DNA from: an uncultured bacterium | GTDB lineage: Bacteria > Patescibacteriota > Saccharimonadia > UBA4664 | Reading direction: 5' to 3' | Length of the DNA: 64,000 nucleotides | Assembly (NCBI GenBank): GCA_963720265.1 | Contig: CAVRET010000001.1 | Coordinates: 133,916-197,915 of the forward strand | Shown here: piece by piece, positions 27,492 through 36,335 of the stretch | How the letters are laid out: each line of letters begins with the position of its first letter | Position numbering within the stretch: the first letter of the stretch is position 1 | Translations under genes and position numbers: made by a program | The notes under the pieces: generated by a model | Databases searched by the model: none | Seen by the model: the letters and a program-made list of their open reading frames with translations, nothing else | What the model was told of the DNA's origin: nothing

Positions 27492-28613
27492 TTATAGACT
27501 ATAGACGATTTTGAGGATTTGATCGCGGCTGAGCTGCGAGGCGCCTTCAAGTTGGTACCAGATGCCGTGATTGACCCAGGTGGCGTTGTTATTGCCAAAT
27601 AGATAGATGGTGAGGCCTTGGCCGTTGACAGCCGCATAATCGTCGGAGGCCTCGGAGACATAGTCGTCGAGCAGCGAATTGTTGTCCCAGGTGGTTCGTG
27701 ACTGAGCGATGGTGAGTGGAGTTTGGGCCGACGGGCTCGTAAATTTGAGCGTGATAACACCAGGGGCGGTATTCGTGGAGGCCAGAGTGTAGCTTGACGG
27801 TATAAAGCTTGGCAGTGTGGCGCTGATGCCGGCCTTGGCGTCGGCACCTTGGAGTGCCAGCTTGGGGTAATTGTTGAACCAAATATAGCCGCCCATGATC
27901 ACAACAATCGCGGTTGCAGTGGCCAAACGACGTTGGTGCAGGCTGAGTGCGCGGCGGCGGTGATTAGGCCGAGGCGGCTTGTGTTCAACCGGTGGCAGCG
28001 GGGTGAGGTGCGTCATGGCCTCGTGTTGGGTGACGGTGTGCGGCGGCATGGTTTGCAAGGGCTGTAGGGGCACGGCTGCAGCCGGCGACTGAACGGCCGT
28101 TCTGGCTACTTGCGGCGCGGGCGTTTGGGCCTGCGGCGGGGTGGGAGCTGCGTTGGCTGACCTGGAACCGGCAAAGCGGCCAATAGCCGGACTGCGAGAA
28201 ATTTGCTTGGCTTCGCGCAGCCTGTCCTGAAGGCCGGGTTCAGGTACAGCATGTCGGCGCGGCTCGACGATGGGTGCAGCCGTGGCCCGCGATTGGTGAT
28301 GATGTGAGATTTGATCGGTAGCACGATTTGCCGGTGCCGGCTTGGGTTCGGTCATGGCCGACGCGCGCAGGTCAATAATGTTGTGCTCGGTTGTGCGTCT
28401 GTGCAGGAGGGCTGCGGGTTTGGCTACCGGCTGTCTAGCGGAGACGACCGGTCGGCGTTTTACGCTCAGATCGAGCGTGCGTGGCTGTGGTTTGTCAGGA
28501 GTGGCCGGCCTTACTGTGTCTGTCTGATCATAGGGATTTCCACAAAGGGTACAGTAATCATCACCGCTAAGGCGGAGCGGTTTGGTGGTCTGTCCGCAAG
28601 TTGCACAATGCAT
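27492..28613 (-). CDS. Zinc-ribbon / disordered / TM / DUF4367-like protein
   Basis: N-terminal CxxC..CxxC, Pro/Gln-rich middle, TM, LPSFIP.SY ... ATWV..GIWY.L.G...LS..QI.KI..SL C-terminus. Confidence 0.7.
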   Translation of the reverse strand: MHCATCGQTTKPLRLSGDDYCTLCGNPYDQTDTVRPATPDKPQPRTLDLSVKRRPVVSARQPVAKPAALLHRRTTEHNIIDLRASAMTEPKPAPANRATDQISHHHQSRATAAPIVEPRRHAVPEPGLQDRLREAKQISRSPAIGRFAGSRSANAAPTPPQAQTPAPQVARTAVQSPAAAVPLQPLQTMPPHTVTQHEAMTHLTPLPPVEHKPPRPNHRRRALSLHQRRLATATAIVVIMGGYIWFNNYPKLALQGADAKAGISATLPSFIPSSYTLASTNTAPGVITLKFTSPSAQTPLTIAQSRTTWDNNSLLDDYVSEASDDYAAVNGQGLTIYLFGNNNATWVNHGIWYQLEGASQLSRDQILKIVYSL

Positions 28614-28658
28614 GATTATGCTTATGGTATAACAGTTTTAGTGAGCGTAAAAGAGGTG

Positions 28659-29504
28659 CTAGCGATTTCGCCAGACTCGGTACATGAAACGTGGAATGGC
28701 CAGCTGGCGTTTGAGGCGCCTTGGCTCTTGCAGAAGACGCCACAGCCATTCTAGGCCCAAGCGCGATGTCCACACCGGAGCTTTGGATAAACTGCCACCA
28801 AAGGCTTCATAGTCGAACGTTCCGCCCTCGCCCAGGCTGAGGCCATGATCCAGGTGAGCGCCCAGGTGAGCGCCCACCTGGTCTTGGAGTGGAAAACCCA
28901 TACCCACGAGGATGATGTCGGGATTTGCCGCACGGACGGCTTCGACGAGACCTGCGAGCCATTGGTCTGAGACATGGCCGTATGGCTGGCTGTGATCACG
29001 ACCGGAATGTGTGCCCGCGATGACGAGGTTGGGAAAGGCTTTTTGTAGGGCGGCGGCGGTGTGCGCAATGGAGCCGGTTTTGGGATCACCGACGAGATAT
29101 AATTGTCTTTTTTGTTCAGCGGCTTTGGTTAGCAGCAGCCAAGTGAACGTAATTCCGGCTGTGCGGTCGGGCAGCGGCCAGGTTAGTTTGCCGGGAGCCA
29201 GTACGATTTGAAACAGGGTTAACCAAAAACGCCGGACCTTGCGCGGGCCGGCATAGAGGAAATGTGCGGCCCAAGTGAGGGCGACACCGTCGGCCAGCGA
29301 GAGCTCAGCGCCGTTCAAGAGGTCTCGGACGTTTGCGTCGTGATAGGCACGGTCGAGGAATTCAACGTAAGGTTTTACCACGTAGCCGGCGGCGTGGCCG
29401 GGTGTGGCATGCTCAATGATGTAATCAACGGCGTCGGCGTTTGAGATGGCATCAACTTCGACGCCGAGGATATCGAGTTTGTCAAAATCAGTTTGCTTAG
29501 ACAT
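28659..29504 (-). CDS. WecB/TagA/CpsF family glycosyltransferase
   Basis: L.DG, DR..G, VGMG.P.Q, GG.FD, LGLEWLWRL..EP.R. Confidence 0.92.
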   Translation of the reverse strand: MSKQTDFDKLDILGVEVDAISNADAVDYIIEHATPGHAAGYVVKPYVEFLDRAYHDANVRDLLNGAELSLADGVALTWAAHFLYAGPRKVRRFWLTLFQIVLAPGKLTWPLPDRTAGITFTWLLLTKAAEQKRQLYLVGDPKTGSIAHTAAALQKAFPNLVIAGTHSGRDHSQPYGHVSDQWLAGLVEAVRAANPDIILVGMGFPLQDQVGAHLGAHLDHGLSLGEGGTFDYEAFGGSLSKAPVWTSRLGLEWLWRLLQEPRRLKRQLAIPRFMYRVWRNR

Positions 29505-30780
29505 GCGAGCTTGCTTTCATTCCGGCCAGGCCGCCGGCCAGCGTCCAGGCGATGAGCGCGGTTGATGAGTCGGTCCAGGCTGGCAGGACGAGGGCCACAA
29601 TGCCTACGCCAATGAGCGCGGCGGCGGTGGCGTAACCGACCGGCGGGGCTTCCGGCCAGACGGTTCGTATGAGCAGCACGAAGAGGACAACGAAAACCAA
29701 GGCTCCCAGCAATCCGATTTCGTAGCCGAGTTGGAGGTAATAGTCTTCAATGATATGCAGTGTGCCGGCGTGGAAAGTCGCAGGCCCGGCGGTGCCGGCA
29801 CCGTGGCCGAGCGGATCTGTAATTACGTCGTGCAGTCCGGCTGCTAGCGACGAGGCATGCTGCGAATCTGAGCTTGGGCGCATGGTGGCCGTTGAGCCCT
29901 GATGGAAGAGATAGGTGCGGAGGCGGGTACTGTGGCCGGCCACCACCACAAGCCCGAGTGTGACCACCACTGCGGTGATTGCTAGTCCGCTGAGCAACCA
30001 ACGTCGGTTGCGAACCGGCATCGAGGCTGCGAGTGTGAGTACCATAGCGAGCCCTGCACCAGCCCAGGCTCCACGCGAATATGTGCCCGCGAGCACGACG
30101 AGCCCGGCAGCCGTTAGGACGAGCCACCACCATTGCCGGCGGCGGATAGCCAGCACCAGGCTTAGGCATAACGGCAAAATGAGATACGTACCGAGCTGGT
30201 TGGGGCCACCGAGTGTTGCGGCAAACCGCGGCGTGTTTGTACCCGAAATGAGCTCATAGGGTAGAAGCGTGGCCGGTCCATAGCCAAAGCGGTCCAGGAA
30301 ATTGAGTGGCAAAACGAAGAGCTCGAGTAGCCCAAACCCGATTACGACCGCACTCGTGGCCAGTATTACGTTCACGGCCCGGTGCACAAACCGGCTATCA
30401 GCAACGAGTGTAGCGATGACGGCCGCCAGTAGGAATTCGAGGTCGGTTTTGAGACCAAAGGCAACCGCGGCGAGCGGCGGCCGGGTAACGGCGGTAACGA
30501 GGAGCGTTACGAGCGCGAAGGCGGCCGTTGCCATTACCCAGGGTTTTCGCAAGCGTTCGAGGCGGGCCGGTTCGCGCCACACCAATAACGCGGCTAGGGC
30601 AGTGAGCACGATTAGTAGCACTTCTTTCCAGGCCTCGATCTCGGTTTCGTGACTAAACAGGTGCCCCAGCCACACGCTCAAAAACGCGTGGAACGGCATG
30701 ATCGCCATCAGTACTACTAGTCCGAGCTGAATGGAACGCTCGTGTACGGTTGCGATCTGGGTTGTCTTGGCCTTGTTCAT
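29497..30780 (-). CDS. O-antigen ligase/polymerase family membrane protein
   Basis: Multi-TM, PN.LG.YL, T.SRGAW, PLG.G.G, YLQ..YE.G..G. Confidence 0.85.
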   Translation of the reverse strand: MNKAKTTQIATVHERSIQLGLVVLMAIMPFHAFLSVWLGHLFSHETEIEAWKEVLLIVLTALAALLVWREPARLERLRKPWVMATAAFALVTLLVTAVTRPPLAAVAFGLKTDLEFLLAAVIATLVADSRFVHRAVNVILATSAVVIGFGLLELFVLPLNFLDRFGYGPATLLPYELISGTNTPRFAATLGGPNQLGTYLILPLCLSLVLAIRRRQWWWLVLTAAGLVVLAGTYSRGAWAGAGLAMVLTLAASMPVRNRRWLLSGLAITAVVVTLGLVVVAGHSTRLRTYLFHQGSTATMRPSSDSQHASSLAAGLHDVITDPLGHGAGTAGPATFHAGTLHIIEDYYLQLGYEIGLLGALVFVVLFVLLIRTVWPEAPPVGYATAAALIGVGIVALVLPAWTDSSTALIAWTLAGGLAGMKASSHV

Positions 30781-30789
30781 GTCTGGCTA

Positions 30790-31371
30790 TTAGTCGAGCC
30801 GTTTTAACTCTGGCTTCAAAATTTGATCTGGGTTACCAGTAGCAAGGCAGATCGTCCCTGCCTCGTAATGGTCGCTGCAAAGCTTGCCTGCTAGATGGTC
30901 GAGCTCGTGGAGCAGGATACGTGTGAGGATATGGTCCGGCGTTATGGTTTTGGATTTGCCGTCAAGCGTGAGATAGCTAAATGTGGCGGCCCACGGCCTG
31001 ATAACCTCCCCCAAAATGAGCGAGGCCGACGAAATACAGGCTTCGGGATAGATCCCTCTCCCTTCTGAGCTATCTGCCTTAGGGTTAACGTAAACTTCTG
31101 GACCGGTGTCGAGCCATACAAGCACCAGTTGCTTTGATATGCCGAGTTGGTTGGCGGCCAGACCGCGGCCGACGCCGGTCTTGGCGCGATAGGCAGTTAG
31201 GAAATCGACAAGCTGATCTGCCCAGGTTTTAGCTTGGCCTGAGCTAATTTCTGATTCTGTGACGGGCCTGCAGGGAGTGGTTAGTACAGGGTCACCAAAT
31301 AACCGGATTGGCAATGTAGCAGTGAGCCATTCGGCCTCTTGTAGTGCGGTCGCGATCGGCGAGGCTTTCAT
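30790..31371 (-). CDS. def: Peptide deformylase
   Basis: GDPVL, G.GLAANQ.G, EACIS (EGCLS variant), HELDHL.G. Confidence 0.88.
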   Translation of the reverse strand: MKASPIATALQEAEWLTATLPIRLFGDPVLTTPCRPVTESEISSGQAKTWADQLVDFLTAYRAKTGVGRGLAANQLGISKQLVLVWLDTGPEVYVNPKADSSEGRGIYPEACISSASLILGEVIRPWAATFSYLTLDGKSKTITPDHILTRILLHELDHLAGKLCSDHYEAGTICLATGNPDQILKPELKRLD

Positions 31372-32372
31372 TTGACGGCGACCAGGCTCCGTTTATATTC
31401 TTCCAGGTTGTCGAGCGCAATGCCGGTGCCACGGGCGACGCACAACAGCGGCTCTTCACCGACGACGCACGGCACGCCGGTGACTTGGGTGAGCATTTTG
31501 TCGAGGTTTTGCAGCAGTGCTCCGCCGCCCGTTAGTACCATGCCGCGGTCAATGATGTCGGAGCTGAGTTCAGGCGGCGTTTGTTCGAGTACAACGCGGA
31601 TGGCTTGAATGATTTTTTCAAGTTCGTCTTGAAGCGCGCCGGCGATTTCGTTGGCCTTTATCGTGATGGTTTTTGGTAGGCCGGCCACAATGTCGCGGCC
31701 GCGGATTTCCATGGATTTGTCGCGAGTCAGGAGGAGCGCCGACCCAAGGGTCTGCTTAATGATTTCGGCCGTGCGGTCGCCAACGGCTAGGCCATATGTG
31801 CGGCGGATGTAATCGGTGATAGCAGAATCGAGGCGGTTGCCGCCGACCCGGATTGAGTGTTGGGCCACAACGCCGCCGAGGCTCAGGATGGCAATCTCGG
31901 TGGTGCCGCCGCCGATATCGACTACCATGTTGCCGGCCGCCGAGGCAATGGGAATACCCGCGCCGATGGCCGCGGCTACAGGTTCACGAATGATATAGGC
32001 AGCGCGCGCTCCGGCGGCCAGGGTGGCATCAATGACCGCTCGCCGTTCGGTACTCGTGGCACCGGCCGGCACACATACCATTACATCCGGCCTCCTGAGC
32101 CGCCAACCACCCGAAACTTTAGCGATATAGTGTCGGATCATGGCCTGGGTGATGCGGTAATCGGCAATGACACCGTCGCGCAGCGGACGGCTGGCTTGGA
32201 TGGTATCCGGCGTACGGCCCAGCATCTCCTTGGCATCAGTGCCGATGGCCACGATTTTGTTGCTGTCGTCGATGGCAACCACGCTCGGTTCGTTGATTAC
32301 AATCCCTCGCTTGGGCACGTATACCAAAACATTTGCAGTTCCGAGGTCGATGGCAATGCGTTTGGCAAACAT
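31368..32372 (-). CDS. mreB: Rod shape-determining protein MreB
   Basis: IDLGTAN, EPSVVA, RPL.DGVIAD, DIGGGTT, TPPEL..DI, LTGGGA.L. Confidence 0.97.
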   Translation of the reverse strand: MFAKRIAIDLGTANVLVYVPKRGIVINEPSVVAIDDSNKIVAIGTDAKEMLGRTPDTIQASRPLRDGVIADYRITQAMIRHYIAKVSGGWRLRRPDVMVCVPAGATSTERRAVIDATLAAGARAAYIIREPVAAAIGAGIPIASAAGNMVVDIGGGTTEIAILSLGGVVAQHSIRVGGNRLDSAITDYIRRTYGLAVGDRTAEIIKQTLGSALLLTRDKSMEIRGRDIVAGLPKTITIKANEIAGALQDELEKIIQAIRVVLEQTPPELSSDIIDRGMVLTGGGALLQNLDKMLTQVTGVPCVVGEEPLLCVARGTGIALDNLEEYKRSLVAVK

Positions 32373-32417
32373 AGTTCATAGTATAGGTGTTCTGCTATAC
32401 TACGGCCAGTTCAAGCT

Positions 32418-33836
32418 ATGCTGCGAAAAATCTTGCTGGTTATGGGATACGTTGGCCTGACCCTCTTGGTCGTGGCTTTTACCGTGGCGCTGGTGGCTTA
32501 CGGCAATGATTATTCCTACGATTTCGCGACCCACAAGATTATTCAAAAGGGTCACGTTATTTTGCAGTCGACGCCGCGCGGCATTGTAGTGGTGGCAGAC
32601 GGCAAGACCCTGCACAAGAAAACCCCGTATCAGGCGGCCTATAAGGTTGGCGAGCACACCTTCGAGCTTTCCAAGGCTGGTTTTTGGCTGTGGCAAAAGA
32701 CACTCCAGGTCGTAGCCGGGCAAGTGACACTGGCGCAATACGTTATCTTGGTGCCAAAGAAACCAGCCGCCACGGTTCTTGATAACCGAACGCAGATTGT
32801 CGCCCAGTCGATGTCAAAAGACCACCGGCACCTCGCCTATATCACCGGTGGTCCGGATGCCGCAGTATATACGCTTGATCTCGGTAATCCGAAACCGGTT
32901 AAGGTCTACGTACCAGCCGCGGCGACGCCGGTGGCCGGTCCTGAGACGCTCACTGGTATTGCGTGGTCGGACGATGCATCGCACTTGTTGGTGAGCTCAA
33001 CCATCAATGGTCAGCCCGAATACCGACTGTTGGACGCCGGTGGCGGCGCACCAATTGACCTGACATCCGAATATCAGGAAAACTTTTCCGGCCTGCAGTT
33101 TGCTTCCGGCAGCTCGTCGCAATTTTATTGGATCAGCGCCGACGGCCTACGCCGGCTTGATGTGAGTGCACAGTCGATTAGTGGCGTGCTGGCCGACCAC
33201 GTCTCGCAGTTTTGGGTTATCCCGGGCCGGGTGCTCTACGTGCAACAAACCTCGCTTGGCCAATCGTTATGGAGTATTGATTCGCATGATAAGCATCAAG
33301 AATTGATTCAGGCGTTACCGGCTAGTCCTTCGTATGCTGTGGCTTATTCAACCTACTTGGATCAGGACGAGCTGGCAGTGGTTCCAGGAGCGACCGAAAC
33401 CGGTACGCTCTACTCAGACATTTTTAGTGATACTCCGGTGGCCAAGACCCTTGCCCACGGCGTGACCGGGGCGAGCTTTGCGCCGGACGGCCACGTGGTA
33501 ACATTTACCGGCCCGACCTCCATGATTACCTACGACCTTGAGGCATCGCAAATCGAAAATCGATTGATCCGCTACTCGATCACCGACCAACCAGGCACGT
33601 TTGAGAACATGACTTGGTTTGATGACTACCACATGCTGGTGACGCGCGGGAACGAATTATATTGGTGCGAATATGATGGCGCCAACCGGGTGGACCTTGG
33701 TACGGTGGCAACCGGTTTGCCAGCCTACTCTGTAGTGAGCTCAAATCCCAAAGCTTTGGTTGAATTCGCAGCTGCCCCGGCCGGAGTGCACATTACCCAA
33801 TTGCAGATTGTGACTTCGCAAACGCCTTCCTTCTAA
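32418..33836 (+). CDS. PEGA-domain, beta-propeller-like membrane-anchored protein
   Basis: N-terminal TM, G...L.STP.G..V..DG....TP (PEGA), WSDD/FAPDG repeats, EYDGAN. Confidence 0.75.
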   Translation: MLRKILLVMGYVGLTLLVVAFTVALVAYGNDYSYDFATHKIIQKGHVILQSTPRGIVVVADGKTLHKKTPYQAAYKVGEHTFELSKAGFWLWQKTLQVVAGQVTLAQYVILVPKKPAATVLDNRTQIVAQSMSKDHRHLAYITGGPDAAVYTLDLGNPKPVKVYVPAAATPVAGPETLTGIAWSDDASHLLVSSTINGQPEYRLLDAGGGAPIDLTSEYQENFSGLQFASGSSSQFYWISADGLRRLDVSAQSISGVLADHVSQFWVIPGRVLYVQQTSLGQSLWSIDSHDKHQELIQALPASPSYAVAYSTYLDQDELAVVPGATETGTLYSDIFSDTPVAKTLAHGVTGASFAPDGHVVTFTGPTSMITYDLEASQIENRLIRYSITDQPGTFENMTWFDDYHMLVTRGNELYWCEYDGANRVDLGTVATGLPAYSVVSSNPKALVEFAAAPAGVHITQLQIVTSQTPSF

Positions 33837-33858
33837 GGCAGCGGTCTAAGTGCAAGAA

Positions 33859-34935
33859 CTAGTTGGCGGCAGGAAGGCTGGCCGGGACGCCGCCGGGCGA
33901 TGCTTGCGGCGAGGATGACGGGCCGCTTGATGGTGCGCCGAAGAGCGAGCCGATTCCTGACGTGATACCGTTCCAAGCTTGCTCGATCTCGGTCAGGAAG
34001 CTGGATGGGGCACTTGGGAGGCTACCGCCGGACGCCTGGCTTGTACTGGCCGTGCTCGTCGTGGCAGTAGCCGGATTGGGGCTGATCTGCTTGGCTGTGA
34101 CCACGAGGCGGCGCAACGAGGTGCCGGGCGGAGAGCAGGTAATGAGCGTGAGCGTAGGCGTTGTGGTTGGGTCAAGCACAGCGACGTCAGTAGGGTCGAC
34201 GATCTTGGAGCTGGTCACCTGATAGACGTAAGCCTTGGAATTGTAATCAATGGTAACTTCATCGCCTGGTGCGAGTTTGTCGAGTAGGACGAAAACAAAC
34301 TTGAAGTTGCCGGGCTCCCACCAGTCGTTTGAGCTGTGGCCAAAGATTGCGACGTTGCCGTCTTGGCCAGGCAGTGCGGTGTTGCCGTAATGCACGACCC
34401 CGCTTTCCAGGGCGGTTTCGATATCGGTTTCATTTGTACTTTGCAAGTACACCACCGGTGCATTGACATTGATCTTGGGGATAGAAATAGTGTTGGCAGC
34501 CGGAACGCTGGCGGCCGCGGCATTGGCTGAAATAGCGGTCTGCTGAGCTGGCTGCTTATGGAAAATATAGCCGACTTGGCTAATGATAATCGGTGACTTA
34601 AAGACCAGTAGGGTGAGCAAGAAAATCCCGGCGGCTGTCAGGAACGGCTGCACAATCGACGGCAACGGGCGCCGCGCTACCGGGTCGCCGGCCTCGACCG
34701 CCAGTACCGCGCGGTCTGTAACGAGGTCGGCCGTAGGAGTGGCCGGAGCCTCACTGATGTTGCTCAGTGTCGATATATCGGGCAAGGAGGCGATGCGCGC
34801 TCTAGCCGCGGCCGCAGCCGCCGGATGATTGCCTGGGACGATTGGCCGGGCAGTAGCTGCCTGCGTTTGTGCCAGCGGGTAATCGCGTTGCAGGCGAATG
34901 GAATCAATGCTGAGGCTGTCGGAGCCGGACGCCAT
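33859..34935 (-). CDS. Sortase (class D/E-like)
   Basis: I.IPKI, PG..GN.AIFGHS, L..GD, TLTLITC.P, R catalytic triad. Confidence 0.9.
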   Translation of the reverse strand: MASGSDSLSIDSIRLQRDYPLAQTQAATARPIVPGNHPAAAAAARARIASLPDISTLSNISEAPATPTADLVTDRAVLAVEAGDPVARRPLPSIVQPFLTAAGIFLLTLLVFKSPIIISQVGYIFHKQPAQQTAISANAAAASVPAANTISIPKINVNAPVVYLQSTNETDIETALESGVVHYGNTALPGQDGNVAIFGHSSNDWWEPGNFKFVFVLLDKLAPGDEVTIDYNSKAYVYQVTSSKIVDPTDVAVLDPTTTPTLTLITCSPPGTSLRRLVVTAKQISPNPATATTSTASTSQASGGSLPSAPSSFLTEIEQAWNGITSGIGSLFGAPSSGPSSSPQASPGGVPASLPAAN

Positions 34936-35043
34936 GTCGTTGTCTACCTTGTCATACGTATGATAGTCTGATTTACAGGCTTGGCGAAAGACCAAGCTGC
35001 CAATAATTTACTATACCATATTATTCCAAGCATAACAATATTT

Positions 35044-35130
35044 GCCGCCGTGGTGGAATTGGTAGACACGCGGGACTCAAAATCCCGTGTCAGCAATGAC
35101 GTGTCGGTTCGAGCCCGACCGGCGGTACCA
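35044..35130 (+). tRNA. tRNA-Leu (CAA)
   Basis: Anticodon arm CGGGA-CTCAAAA-TCCCG, long variable arm, GGTTCGAG, encoded CCA. Confidence 0.97.
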
Positions 35131-35152
35131 TTGAGCTTATGCTTAGAAATAA

Positions 35153-35557
35153 TTATTCTTCCAAGTGCCGATTGGAATTAACAAATGCTTCATTGCGAAT
35201 CGCTATCGATAGTAGAACTGCTGGTTCTGAGCTATTGTTAGACACCGACTGGCTTACATTGTGGGGAAGATATACATAGCTTCCTCGGTCAGCGTCAAGT
35301 ACTATGGCATTGTTGCCTGATGATACATGCAGGGTTCCCGTGAGGGCCATTAGTATTTCGTCAACATTTGTATTCACGTGGTCTTTTCTAATGTCGCCAG
35401 GCTTAAACGTGGTCTGGGCAATATTTACGATGTTGCCCTCGTGCCGAGCAAGTACTTTGGTCACTAGTGAGGGAGTGTGCATAGTATCTTGAGAGGGCAA
35501 TTCCGTGGTTTGGCCTGCTACGATGCCGCTTCCTAGCCTATTTGAGCCATAAATCAT
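35153..35557 (-). CDS. Cupin-domain protein
   Basis: F.PG....H...DE......G ... L......YLP.N..... N cupin pattern. Confidence 0.7.
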   Translation of the reverse strand: MIYGSNRLGSGIVAGQTTELPSQDTMHTPSLVTKVLARHEGNIVNIAQTTFKPGDIRKDHVNTNVDEILMALTGTLHVSSGNNAIVLDADRGSYVYLPHNVSQSVSNNSSEPAVLLSIAIRNEAFVNSNRHLEE

Positions 35558-35565
35558 GATTCTAC

Positions 35566-36155
35566 TAACCTCCCAGAGACCCCTGGGCCTTTAGGCCAGG
35601 GATGAATGGGTCCGCTTAAGGCGGTAGCGCCAAGGCAAAACCGGGTGACGTCCAACCTTGGCGCTGGCGCCGACAGTCTGGCATGCTGGGTATGTGAAGT
35701 CAGGTAAAAAATATTATTCCGGTGCGCATACGCTATATCGCCTGCAATTTCATATCGTCTGGATACCCAAGTACCGCAAAAGCATCCTGCGGGGCGAAGT
35801 CGCCACTGACCTGAAGCGATTATTCTTTCAGTGCGCAGAGATGAACGACTGGTGGATTGAGCGGCTGGCAGTGATGCCCGACCACATTCATATGCTTATT
35901 GAACTACCTCCCAGCATCTCGGTGTCACAGGTAGTACAAATATTCAAAGGTGGCTCAAGTCGGGCTATCCGCCAGACGCATCCTGAACTGGAAGAATGGT
36001 TATGGGGAGATAGCTTCTGGGCGGATGGCTACTTCGCCGAGAGTGTTGGTCGTAACACGGAGCAGGCGATTAAACGGTATATCGAAAATCAATGGAAAGC
36101 TAAACCCAGCATGCCGCCCCAAGGAAGCCTCGGGCTTTAGCCCGAGGTGGTTCAC
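35566..36155 (+). mobile_element. IS200/IS605 family element (TnpA only), copy 2
   Basis: Matches copy 1 except one noticed substitution in the 5' hairpin region. Confidence 0.92.
35694..36140 (+). CDS. tnpA: IS200-type Y1 HUH transposase
   Basis: Identical protein to 11691-12137. Confidence 0.95.
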   Translation: MKSGKKYYSGAHTLYRLQFHIVWIPKYRKSILRGEVATDLKRLFFQCAEMNDWWIERLAVMPDHIHMLIELPPSISVSQVVQIFKGGSSRAIRQTHPELEEWLWGDSFWADGYFAESVGRNTEQAIKRYIENQWKAKPSMPPQGSLGL

Positions 36156-36335
36156 TCTAATGCATTTGTTACGAATTTGCTGACGGTATTGGTCGGAATT
36201 CATTGATTGAAAAATATGGTGTCAATTAGCGAGCATATTACTTTGCCCCACTCCTGTCTGCTCTCGAATCTTGGTTCGAACATCTGACACTGTGGTGTAC
36301 CAAAGTAGTTATGCTTTTTTGATACTATAGAGTCA

